A stretch of DNA of 64,000 nucleotides. Origin: Candidatus Poribacteria bacterium (GTDB taxonomy: Bacteria > Poribacteria > WGA-4E > WGA-3G). The position numbers and the translations under genes are program-made. The notes below the pieces were generated by a model that did not search any database, had not been told where the DNA came from, and was given only the letters and a program-made list of their open reading frames with translations. Positions 8,657 through 19,000 of this stretch are shown piece by piece (positions within the stretch are counted from its first letter, which is position 1; each line of letters starts with the position of its first letter). The DNA lies in NCBI GenBank assembly GCA_965205025.1, contig CBDBFU010000007.1:96001-160000 (forward strand), read 5' to 3'.

Positions 8657-10381
8657 ATGTCATTAGTAGAATTTCAAAATGTAACGAAAATGTATGATCC
8701 AGATATAATTTTGGATGATATTTCAATCTCGATTGCACATGGGGATCGCTTAGGTTTGATTGGACGAAATGGGTGCGGAAAGACAACGTTACTGAAGATT
8801 ATGTGTGGTATACTCACGGATTTCAAAGGAAAAGTCATACATGCGAAAGGGATGCGTGTAGGTTACCTGAGCCAAGAACCGGAATTAGAACAGAATTGTA
8901 CACTCCGACAAGAAATGCTTAAGGTTTTTGCAGATAGACTTGCACTTGAGGATCAGATGCTCCTACTGGCAGAACAGATGGAATCCCAGGAAACACCGCA
9001 ACTTTTACAACAGTATTCTCATCTCCAAGATCAACATGAACGGTTGGGGGGTTACGATTATGAGCATCTGATTAATCGTGTTTTAGGTGGTTTAGGTTTT
9101 AGTGTAGAGGATTTCAACCTACCCGTTAGAGTACTTAGTGGTGGACAGAAAAGTCGCGCCACACTTGGAAAACTGTTACTTGAAGATCCTGACCTTCTAC
9201 TTCTGGATGAACCGACAAATCATCTTGATATTAATGGGATTGAATGGTTAGAAAACTATATTAATACCGAGTATAAAGGGGCAGTTCTTGTTGTCTCCCA
9301 CGATAGGTATTTTTTAGATAATGTTGTCAGCAAAGTATGGGATCTGAATCATCATCAAATCAAGATTTACAGAGGAAATTACTCCAAGTACTGTGAAATA
9401 AAGGGTATAGAGAGATTAGTTGGTGAAAGGACATTCAAAATACAACAAGACTTTATTGCCAAGGAATCGGATTTTATCGAACGGAACATAGCCGGTCAAC
9501 GAACTCGTGAAGCACAAGGACGTCTGAAAAGATTAGACAGAATGGAAAAAATCGAAAAACCGAGTTCTGATTCCCCTTCGTTGGACATTAATTTCTCTGG
9601 AGAGACACGTGGGGGCGATGATATCCTTCGTTGTGATAAGGTTAGCAAACAGTTTGATGAGAAAGTCCTATTCACAGATCTAACCTTTGAGGTATCTCGA
9701 GGGGATGTGGTTGGTATTCTCGGTCCAAATGGTGTTGGAAAGACTACATTCTTCCGTATGATGTTAGGAGTAGAACAACCAACAGAGGGTGAACTCTGGG
9801 TGGGACCAACACTTAAATTTGGGTATTATACACAAGAATTAGAAGGACTCAATCTCGACAATGAAGTCCTTGAGGAAATTTGGGAGCTTTGTCCTGATTA
9901 CACACAGACACAAGCTCGTGGTTTTTTAGCTAAATTTTTATTTTTTGGAGACGATGTGTTTAAACAGATCCGAAACTTGAGCGGAGGGGAACAAAGTCGT
10001 GTTCAACTGGCAAAACTACTACTGGAAAAAGCAAATGTACTTCTCCTTGATGAACCCACAAACCATTTGGATATACCCGCTCGTGAAGCACTTGAAAATG
10101 CTCTTTCTAATTATCCTGCCACTCTTTTCGTCATTTCACACGATCGGTATTTGTTAAATAGTTTAGCCACTAAGATGTTGATATTTGAAAATACTAAAGA
10201 GGGAATTACTACCCGATTCTTTGATGGCACTTATGCTGAATATGAGGCAGAACAAAAGCAGCTTACTGAATCAGAGAATATTGAACCAGAAAAGATAGTA
10301 CAGAAAAAAACAAATAATAAACGCACAAAGACCAAATCTAAGCGAAAAATGAAAGCACAACGTTTGGTTGGCAGTAATTAA
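8657..10381 (+). CDS. ABC-F family ATPase (Uup/YheS-like)
   Basis: Two ABC domains (GRNGCGKT, GPNGVGKT; LSGG; LDEPTNHLD twice); no TM segments. Confidence 0.92.
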   Translation: MSLVEFQNVTKMYDPDIILDDISISIAHGDRLGLIGRNGCGKTTLLKIMCGILTDFKGKVIHAKGMRVGYLSQEPELEQNCTLRQEMLKVFADRLALEDQMLLLAEQMESQETPQLLQQYSHLQDQHERLGGYDYEHLINRVLGGLGFSVEDFNLPVRVLSGGQKSRATLGKLLLEDPDLLLLDEPTNHLDINGIEWLENYINTEYKGAVLVVSHDRYFLDNVVSKVWDLNHHQIKIYRGNYSKYCEIKGIERLVGERTFKIQQDFIAKESDFIERNIAGQRTREAQGRLKRLDRMEKIEKPSSDSPSLDINFSGETRGGDDILRCDKVSKQFDEKVLFTDLTFEVSRGDVVGILGPNGVGKTTFFRMMLGVEQPTEGELWVGPTLKFGYYTQELEGLNLDNEVLEEIWELCPDYTQTQARGFLAKFLFFGDDVFKQIRNLSGGEQSRVQLAKLLLEKANVLLLDEPTNHLDIPAREALENALSNYPATLFVISHDRYLLNSLATKMLIFENTKEGITTRFFDGTYAEYEAEQKQLTESENIEPEKIVQKKTNNKRTKTKSKRKMKAQRLVGSN

Positions 10382-10427
10382 AACCCTCCTAAATTCTTAT
10401 TAATTCTGTATTTAATCCCATTTTAAT

Positions 10428-10471
10428 TTGACATTGCCTGAATTTATCACTATAATTATGTCGTATACGAC
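10428..10471 (+). promoter_or_regulatory. Consensus sigma70 promoter with a palindromic operator at the start site
   Basis: TTGACA(10428)-17bp-TATAAT(10451); perfect palindrome GTCGTATACGAC 10460-10471. Confidence 0.75.
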
Positions 10472-10506
10472 GGATTTACCTCTAATATAGGACGTAATTT
10501 TGAAAT

Positions 10507-11385
10507 ATGTCTAAAAACCGTGAATTTAACCAAGAAATTGATGTTGTTATGCGTGTGATGCGTCATGCCCAAGCATCAACCAAATCCCGGTTTATTCAGG
10601 ATTTAGTTCCGAATCGTCTAACAATTGTCCAATTTAACGCCTTACAACATTTACATTGGTATGGTCGTGAATCCGGCATGTATGTAAGTGAGTTAGGTGA
10701 ACATCTCGGTCTTGCTCACAATACAGTCTCTGGTTTAGTGACCAGATTAGAACGTCAAGGTTGGGTTGTCCGTCGTAAGTGTGATGAAGACAGGAGAAGA
10801 GCTCGCATTCAGCTAACACCACAATCTCAGGAGCTTTTTAGTGAAGGTGTAAAACAGGCAGAAGACTTTTGGGAACACACTTTTGGTCAATTGTCCCCAG
10901 AAGAACAGGATAGCCTAATTGAAAGTCTAAAGAGATTGAAACAGGTGATGGCGAAACCTGTTTGGCCAAGTTATTCCCAGTTGCACCCCCGTGATGCTGA
11001 TCATTTACGTGAGAAATTTGAAGTGGGTCTTGAGGAACTTGCTCAAGCCAAACTGAAACTCATCGGGATGCGGTTAATTCTCGCTCGAATCGCCGAGAAA
11101 CGAAATGAACATGAACTCGCTGCGTACCTAAACCAAGCTGCCTCAGAAGAATTACGGCACACCAACCAATTATTTTCACTCCTGGGTATGGGAGAGAACT
11201 TTGACAGTCTTCTCTCTGCGTTGGTAGATGAAGATAAAATCGTGTATGAGGAGTTGTTGGCATTACTGGCTGATGCGCCTTGTTCCGATGAAGATGAGGA
11301 ATTATCCCTTCTTCAACAGATGGTTAAAGATAACCGCAGATACAGAGAATGGTTTAATTGTGTACACAAAAAGACAAATCGGTGA
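10507..11385 (+). CDS. MarR-family regulator fused to a ferritin/rubrerythrin-like domain
   Basis: wHTH (ELGEHLGLAHNTVSGLVTRLE..GWV.R..DEDRR); C-terminal ARIAEK...AASEELRH helix pair. Confidence 0.8.
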   Translation: MSKNREFNQEIDVVMRVMRHAQASTKSRFIQDLVPNRLTIVQFNALQHLHWYGRESGMYVSELGEHLGLAHNTVSGLVTRLERQGWVVRRKCDEDRRRARIQLTPQSQELFSEGVKQAEDFWEHTFGQLSPEEQDSLIESLKRLKQVMAKPVWPSYSQLHPRDADHLREKFEVGLEELAQAKLKLIGMRLILARIAEKRNEHELAAYLNQAASEELRHTNQLFSLLGMGENFDSLLSALVDEDKIVYEELLALLADAPCSDEDEELSLLQQMVKDNRRYREWFNCVHKKTNR

Positions 11386-11445
11386 CTTCTATTCTATAAC
11401 TAACGACTGAATTTCTGTTCAGTCAATGCCATATAAGAGGAGAAC

Positions 11446-12063
11446 ATGCAGTCCCAAAGCCCCGAAAGTATTCCTCCAAGTTGTAATGATGATGCTGAAC
11501 TTATAGAACAATTTCAGAGTGGTGATACCACAGTATTTGATACGCTTTTTACCCGTTATCAAAAACGAACTTATCGGTTAGTGCTGCGTTTTGTACCTAA
11601 CCATGAAGATGCCCTTGATATTACACAAGATGCATTTATACGTGCTTACCAAGGTCTGGGTAAATTCAAGAGTCAATGCCAGTTCTATAGTTGGCTTTAT
11701 AAAATCACTGTCAACCTGTGTATAGATTTTTTACGTAAAAAATCGCGTTCGGAAGTAATGGTATATGATTCCGATGAATCTGAGGAATTACCGATGGCGA
11801 ATTTCCCAGACCTCCGGTTAGATTCACCTGCCAAAGCAGTGGAGAATAAGGAGCTTAGACTTCAGATCCGAAAGGCAATTCGTCAGCTGCCACCGAAACA
11901 ACGGAAGATTTTCATCTTACGCCATTGGGATGGTTTATCACTAAAAGATATTGCTACTGCGGTTGGTAGATCGGATGGAACTGTCAAAGCACACCTGTTC
12001 CATGCCCATCGCAATCTACGCAAACACTTACAGTCCTACCTTAAAGATGGAGATACCTCATAG
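11446..12063 (+). CDS. ECF sigma-70 factor
   Basis: DALDITQDAFIRAY, FYSWLYKITVN, region 4 GTVKAHLFHA. Confidence 0.92.
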   Translation: MQSQSPESIPPSCNDDAELIEQFQSGDTTVFDTLFTRYQKRTYRLVLRFVPNHEDALDITQDAFIRAYQGLGKFKSQCQFYSWLYKITVNLCIDFLRKKSRSEVMVYDSDESEELPMANFPDLRLDSPAKAVENKELRLQIRKAIRQLPPKQRKIFILRHWDGLSLKDIATAVGRSDGTVKAHLFHAHRNLRKHLQSYLKDGDTS

Positions 12064-12148
12064 GGCAAGTTCTACAAGTATGATTAAGATTGTCCTCTAC
12101 ATTAATAACCCACATCCTACAGTCAATCTTATAGAATCTATTATAGGG

Positions 12149-13180
12149 TTAGACTGTAGGATTTGCCTCTGATTCTTCTTCAGAAGCAAAAAGAGCTTCG
12201 ACGAAATCAGTTCCTACAAAATCTCTTAGGTCGTCGAGTTTTTCTCCAATTCCAATTAGTTTTACAGGTGCACCCAATTCAGATTTCACTCCAAGTATTA
12301 TCCCTCCTTTTGCAGTACCGTCAAGTTTAGTAACTGCCACCCCCGTAATAGGAACAGCTTCATTGAAAACCTTCGCCTGCATTAAGGCATTTTGTCCTAC
12401 GGTACCATCAATCACAAGTAGTACTTCATGGGGAGCCCCAGTATGTGCTTGTGCCATAACTCGTCCGATTTTTGACAACTCATCCATCAAAGGTTTTTTA
12501 GTATGTAATCTTCCTGCTGTGTCTACTATTAAGACATCCACTTCACGATTTTTTGCTGCGTGTATTGCATCAAAAACCACAGAAGCTGGTTCTGCATTTT
12601 CTCCGCCCCGAATTAAATCAACTCCCGCACGTTCACACCAGATTTCCAATTGATCTTCTGCAGCTGCCCGAAAAGTATCTCCTGCTGCAACGAGAACACG
12701 GTATCCATCAGTGTTAAATCTACTGGCAAGTTTACCAATAGTTGTAGTTTTTCCAGCCCCGTTTACGCCAAGAACCAGAATCGTATAAGGTCCTTCTCCT
12801 TCAAGTTTTAATGGTGTATCTTCCCCAAGGAGATTGCGAATTTCATCTCTGATAACTGTTTCTAACTCAGAGGAGTCATCTAATCCTTGAGAATTTACTG
12901 TCTCTCGAACATTATCCATCAATTTCAGAGTCGTCTCAACCCCTACGTCAGCTTGAATTAATATCTCTTCAATTTCATCCATAAGATCTTCGTCAATCTT
13001 CCTACCGATCCGAAGTAATCCAGATAGTTGAGACATTAAGTTATTTCGGGTTTTCGCCAAACTGGATTTTAGACGATTAAACCAATTCTCTTTCTCCTGT
13101 ATCTCCAGTTGGTCATCCTGTACAGTATCCTTTGGTTTATCAGCTTTACTATCACTACCTTTAAACAAGTTTCTAAGCAT
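12149..13180 (-). CDS. ftsY: Signal recognition particle receptor FtsY
   Basis: GVNGAGKTTT, DTFRAAA, DTAGR, TKLDGTAKGG, GIGE. Confidence 0.97.
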   Translation of the reverse strand: MLRNLFKGSDSKADKPKDTVQDDQLEIQEKENWFNRLKSSLAKTRNNLMSQLSGLLRIGRKIDEDLMDEIEEILIQADVGVETTLKLMDNVRETVNSQGLDDSSELETVIRDEIRNLLGEDTPLKLEGEGPYTILVLGVNGAGKTTTIGKLASRFNTDGYRVLVAAGDTFRAAAEDQLEIWCERAGVDLIRGGENAEPASVVFDAIHAAKNREVDVLIVDTAGRLHTKKPLMDELSKIGRVMAQAHTGAPHEVLLVIDGTVGQNALMQAKVFNEAVPITGVAVTKLDGTAKGGIILGVKSELGAPVKLIGIGEKLDDLRDFVGTDFVEALFASEEESEANPTV

Positions 13181-13532
13181 CCAATTCTCCTTTATTCACA
13201 TGTTAGTTCGTTATCATATATGATAAGTAATGTTTCATTTAGTCTTTGATTCAATTCGTATACTGACTTTACTAAATAACAGATGATAATATTACAACAA
13301 TTTAAGTCATTTTGGTATAAAAAGATAGAATGTAATAAAATAATACCTATTTGTCGTTATGTGTGACATAAGTATAATGGATTTATATTCTCCAATACAA
13401 TCTATACGACTGGAGATTATTCCATGAACGGATTTACTTATTCTACATTTTACTATCAACTGATAAATTAATGTATTGTATAGCATACAGGTTTAATATA
13501 TACTAAATTCATATTTGTATAAGGAGAAAGTT

Positions 13533-14120
13533 ATGAATATCCGAAAACATACTACACAATTACCCAAGACAATACTATGTATTGTTTTAGTTCTAATTAC
13601 TGGTATACTGTTCACTTCCTGTGTGGAAGAACAGCAGATAGAGGAACTTGTCCAGGAAACTGACAATGGAGAAAATAACCAAGAAGCTCAACAACCTGAA
13701 GAAACAATTGTTGCCCTACCGGGACTACCTGATTATACTGCAGGTTATGAGAAATGGCTTAAATTGAATGCAGAACCTATACCCCCTGTTCCTGGTGGTG
13801 ACCCGCATAACGGCACAAAAAATGTATATGTTAATCAAGACCGAGAGGTAATTGCACCAGATGGAGAACAGAAATTTCCATACCCAGATGGAAGTATTGT
13901 TGTAAAAGAAGCCTCCAGACCTAATAAAAATTATATCGGTTTGATAGCAATTATGCGTAAAGTTGCTGGTAGCGATCCTGATCATAACGATTGGGAGTTT
14001 ATTGAATACACAAGAGGTGCTCCTGATGATGATTTTACACTCTTAGCCCGAGACCGTGTATGTTGGGGTTGCCATGCCAGAGTTAAAGATATGGACTATG
14101 TTTTTACTGCACTTGATTGA
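13533..14120 (+). CDS. Cytochrome P460-family lipoprotein
   Basis: AAGGAG RBS; lipobox FTSC; YPDGSIVVKE, MRK, W.F.EY and C-terminal CWGCH...DYVF. Confidence 0.8.
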   Translation: MNIRKHTTQLPKTILCIVLVLITGILFTSCVEEQQIEELVQETDNGENNQEAQQPEETIVALPGLPDYTAGYEKWLKLNAEPIPPVPGGDPHNGTKNVYVNQDREVIAPDGEQKFPYPDGSIVVKEASRPNKNYIGLIAIMRKVAGSDPDHNDWEFIEYTRGAPDDDFTLLARDRVCWGCHARVKDMDYVFTALD

Positions 14121-14177
14121 TGTCAACTATAGATTGCAATAAAACCTAACCTACTTGACATTATAAGGAGTAAGCCT

Positions 14178-15395
14178 ATGGATTTTTATTTTACCAAATT
14201 GAATATACTTAATCCTCAAACGGATATGAAGCAATTCAATATTCCAAAATTGTTGATATTGACATTTCTATCAATTGTATTTATTAGCGTACTCATGATT
14301 AACCCTGCCGATGCCAGACCAGAATTTGCAGCCGAATTAGATAAGGATTGCACTTTTTGTCATATAGATCCTGCGGGGGGTGGACCCCGAAATCGTGTTG
14401 GTGAAATTTTCGAAGAAAACTACTTTGAATTCCCAGAAGACTTTGATATGGAGGCTGTGACAGAAGAAACAAAAGAGTTAATCAAACAAATAACCACTTC
14501 ACTCGATCTACAGACAGCATTTATCAAAACCACCCATGTTGATCAAGAGGAAGGAACAGTAGCGGGGTGTACATCATGTCATTCTTCTGTTGATAGATTT
14601 TTTCTCATGCAAGCAGAAGTTACATTTAACGCACAAGCTTCAGAAAACATCCGGTTAACCGTATCGAATAATGTTGGTACTACATTAAATGCTTTTGCAA
14701 CTGTTGATGCGATTCCAAAACATCTTTACGTTAGAGTTGGACAATTTCGACTTCCATTCGGCATTAAACAAAAAGATCATAATATACTGGTAAGAGAAGG
14801 CTACGATCTCGGGTCAAATAAACGGGATGTCGGTCTTGAGGCAGGGGGTAGTTATGGAAAAATATTCTACAATGCAGCATTTTTCAACGCGGGGAATAAC
14901 ACTGCCAATGGATCCCTTGGAACATTAGGTGGACAACTCGGTCCAATCCGTGCAGGTATTTCATGTATGTTAGAAAAACCTGATGAAGAATGGGAACGAG
15001 TACTTGGTGCTTTCTTGACTGCCTCATTCGGTGATCTCAGTTTAGAAGGTGAATTCAATTTTGGTAATGGTGGTGAAGTATTGTCCTTTGCAGACGATAC
15101 TGTAGATTCTAAAGGGTATTACTTCGGCGCAAAATATCGACTCTTTCCACAGTTATCACTCTCAGGTCGTTACGGTTTATTTGATCCTGATAGAAGGGTA
15201 TTAGGTGATGCTGGTAAGCGAATTACATTTACTGCCAAATACAATTTTATGGAAAATGGGGCAATTTCACTATTTTACTGGGCAAACCTACCAAATAATG
15301 ATCGTTTACCAGATGAGAAGATCTTAAGTAAGAGTGAATTACGACAACTCAAAGGTACAAATCAACTCATTCTAATGTCTCATTTCTGGTTTTGA
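14178..15395 (+). CDS. Cytochrome c-porin fusion (Cyc2-like) with two CxxCH motifs
   Basis: ARPEFA...CTFCH.DPAGGG.RN..G..F; second CTSCH; beta-strand-rich body (VGQFRLPFG); C-terminal Phe. Confidence 0.72.
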   Translation: MDFYFTKLNILNPQTDMKQFNIPKLLILTFLSIVFISVLMINPADARPEFAAELDKDCTFCHIDPAGGGPRNRVGEIFEENYFEFPEDFDMEAVTEETKELIKQITTSLDLQTAFIKTTHVDQEEGTVAGCTSCHSSVDRFFLMQAEVTFNAQASENIRLTVSNNVGTTLNAFATVDAIPKHLYVRVGQFRLPFGIKQKDHNILVREGYDLGSNKRDVGLEAGGSYGKIFYNAAFFNAGNNTANGSLGTLGGQLGPIRAGISCMLEKPDEEWERVLGAFLTASFGDLSLEGEFNFGNGGEVLSFADDTVDSKGYYFGAKYRLFPQLSLSGRYGLFDPDRRVLGDAGKRITFTAKYNFMENGAISLFYWANLPNNDRLPDEKILSKSELRQLKGTNQLILMSHFWF

Positions 15396-15564
15396 TTCAA
15401 CAAGAATATGAATAGGATATAAGTCCAATTCATATAAAAGATATATATTTTAGTTCATGTTATGGTAAAGATAATTGAGTGTGTTAATTTTTACACATGA
15501 TAGATTCTTCTTACAAAACTACCCGATTTTAGAAATAATATATAGATTTCTTGTAGTCCCATCT

Positions 15565-15602
15565 AACAATCTCGCTTAAAGATTGCTTTAAGCGAGATTG
15601 TT
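15565..15602. terminator. 17-bp perfect stem-loop, probable terminator
   Basis: AACAATCTCGCTTAAAG-attg-CTTTAAGCGAGATTGTT. Confidence 0.6.
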
Positions 15603-15649
15603 CTTTCTCCGAACCTATCGTAATTCAATCTCAATACTCTGCAAATTCC

Positions 15650-15803
15650 ATTAGTGGATTCGGTGTTTATATATGTAACCGTCGTTTTGCTATTGGAATC
15701 GACGAAACCGCGTATGGGATCCCTTATTTAAAAACCGTACCTATCGTGTCTTTAATAGGATATAAGGAAATAAATACTTAATTTCTTATATCAAACTCAC
15801 GTT
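15650..15803. repeat. Degenerate GTAG-REP/MITE remnant
   Basis: AAAACCGTACCTATC resembles the REP half AAACCGCACCTACC; ends in TCAAACTCACGTT, the same end as the 6330 element. Confidence 0.4.
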
Positions 15804-16078
15804 TAATATACTATAATATACTAATTATTGGCACGGAATTTGCTCAGTACATCATATTGGATTAACTCAATTGATATCAAGTTCTCAAATGAACTAAATG
15901 AACATCAGACAAATGTCATCGGAATTTTAAGTATTATACATAAATAGAAAGCCCGGATTTTCATATCAATAAAAATATGTTCACATTGACAGAATATAGG
16001 ATAAAGTTGACATATTAATGCAGTGACAAATAATAGACTTCAAGTTACAGTTTATTTGGACGCTTAGGAGAATTAACG

Positions 16079-19000
16079 ATGAAAACTAAACAATTATATA
16101 TAGGCGTTGTTGGCATACTCTCTTTGCTTTTATTGATAATAGGTTCACTATATATTCACAGTCTATCCACAGGTTCAAAAACACGGGTCCATGTGAAATC
16201 TTTCACACCAAAGGGTGAAAAAGTCCTTCAATGGGTGGACTTTACATTTACATTTTCAGAACCTGTCATAGACAATTCACTTGTTAATACCGAATTGCCA
16301 AGTCAGGCAGTTCAATTTACTCCAACAGTTGAAGGAGTAAGCCGTTGGATTAAGCGTGATACAATACGCTTCTTTTTAGAAAGTCCTTTAGCACCGTCTG
16401 CGAGTTACACCGTCGTACTCTCACCAAAATTACATCAAAGTTCATTGGGTTTTGTCATTACTGGTAACAGAAAATTCACTTTTTTAACAGAACCATTCCG
16501 TATTGAAAAGAAGAATCTGGAATTTAAATATACCAAGACTCATGCCAAAGTTATAGGGAAGTTAGCCTTTAACTATCCTGTGAATATTGCCGATTTACGT
16601 TCAAATCTATCTTTGAAGCTTCAAGATAATGTTCTATTACCCTATACACTTCAACCAGAAAGTGGAATTGCCAAAGAGATATCAATTGAGACAGAAGAAA
16701 TTCCACGACTACTTGGAAATCAATCTTTAAAAGTACAAATTGAGAAAGGATTTAATTGTATCGGTGGAAAAATAGGATTGAAGCAGGCAAGTATAAGAAC
16801 ATTAACCTTAGCAGGAAGGGATAGACTTAGAGTTACAAATGCAAATGTAGATGAATATTCTGGCAGTCCTCATATACGGCTTCGATTCAGTTCTAATGTA
16901 CCTGTAGACACTATCCAACCATACATTCAAATTGATCCCGAATTAGAAACGCAGATTATCCAACGTTATAATGGTGTTGATATATATGGTGATTTTCAAC
17001 GTCGTAATAAATATAAAATCAGCATTCAGGAAGGATTGGCTGCCCCTGATGGATCTATATTACAGAAACCCTATTCCGTTACACTTACCATACCAGATAT
17101 ACCTCCGCAGATTCGTTTTGCCGGAAATGGGTTTTTCTTAACTCGAAACCAAAACATGAATCTCGGATTAGCGACAACAAATATACAGAATGTCAACATT
17201 CAAATTGAAAAGGTTTTTGCTAATAACCTTATATATGCATCTAAACTGAGAAATTGGAGTACATATACAAGCGGTTTAGGTAAACCAATCCATTCGGGTA
17301 GTCTTTCAATTAAATCAAAACTGAATGAAGAGGTAAAAACACCTATTGATTTGGGGCAATATCTTGATGATAAGTATGTTGGTATCTTTAAAGTCACTGC
17401 GAGGCATCCTCATAACTATAGACCTCGAGCAACACAATGGGTAATGCTAACTGACCTTGGTATTATATCAAAGAGGGCAGGAGATGAATTATGGGTTTGG
17501 GTCAATTCTCTGTCCAATCTAAAACCTGTATCTCAAGCAACAATTAAACTCATTAGTGATAATAACCAAACCTTATTGACAGGTAAGACGAATTGGCAAG
17601 GTTTTGTAGAATTCTCCTCAGTTGATCAAAAAACCGAAGGGTTTACGCCTTTTATGCTAACAGCAGAAAAAGGTGAAGATATATCTTTCATCCAACTTAA
17701 CCGACATCAACTCTCTACAGGTGATTTTAATGTTGGTGGTACTGCTTACTTAGAAACCGGATATGACGCATTTCTATATACAAGTAGAGGTGTGTATCGT
17801 CCTGGAGAAAGGGTAGATATCGCAGGAATAGTACGTGGGAAAAATAATTTGACACCACCTATTCTTCCGACCCATATTGAGGTTACCGCACCAGATGGAA
17901 GAACTATAAGAGAATTTCAAAAAAATACAGACAAACACGGTGGATGTGAGGTGGAATTGACTTTACCTGCCTACGCACAAACTGGTGGTTATATCACTAA
18001 GATGAAAGTGGCAGAAAAAGAAATTGGTCGTGGTCAATTCCAAGTTGAAGAGTTTATGCCTGATCGTATGAAGGTAATTATCTCTACAGATAAACCAGAG
18101 TATGACATAGGAGCTGAGGTAGGTATGGAGGTAACTGCTGTTAACCTGTTTGGACCTCCAGCTACAAACCGCAAAGTCACTGCATACTATATGCTTGAAG
18201 CAGTTCCTTATGTACCAGCAGAAAAATGGCGTTCATTTCATTTCTCAAGTACTGCACGATTTGAAAAACAACGGATGAATTTAAAAGAAACTAAGACTAA
18301 TGATGAAGGTAAAGTCATATATCAGGTTATGCTACCGGAAAAAGTCAAAGCTCCTTCTCTCTTAAATGGTATATTTACAGCGAGTGTTAATGAACCCGGT
18401 GGGAGAGCTGTTACGGCTTCCCAAAGAGCTATTATTCATCCTTATTCACATTATGTTGGTATTAAACGTCCTAATGATGGTGCAATAAACCGCAACCAAG
18501 AGGTGACAATAGACTATATTACTGTGGATAAAAATGGTAATTCCGTGGCGGGAAGAGACCTTTTACTTACTGTTTACAAGGTTCGCTGGAATACTATTCT
18601 TAGAAGAAATTCACGCGGTCAGTCTCAATACGTCTCTAATTCTCAAAAAACGACATTAGAATCTCACCCGTTAGTTTCGACCACAGATATAGGAACTTTC
18701 ACATTCACACCTACTGAATATGGTGAATATCGCGTACATATAGAAGATACAGCCTCAGGGGCAAAATCAGAAATTAAGATGGAAACTTCTGGATGGGGAT
18801 ATGTACCTGTATCTATGGAAAATCCAAGTTTACTTGAGATGACCTTAGATAAAACCGCCTACAATCCAGGAGAGATAGCAAAGCTACATGTTAAAGCTCC
18901 ATTTCCTGGTAAATTATTGTTAACGATAGAACGGGAAAAGATTCTAAGTTATAGGATTGTAAACCTTAGAGGTAATACAGCAAGTTTGAATATACCCGTT

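Noticed and set aside
12040-12148. Remnant anti-sigma gene after the ECF sigma
   Set aside because: A GGAG near the stop is suggestive, but no ORF or homology follows
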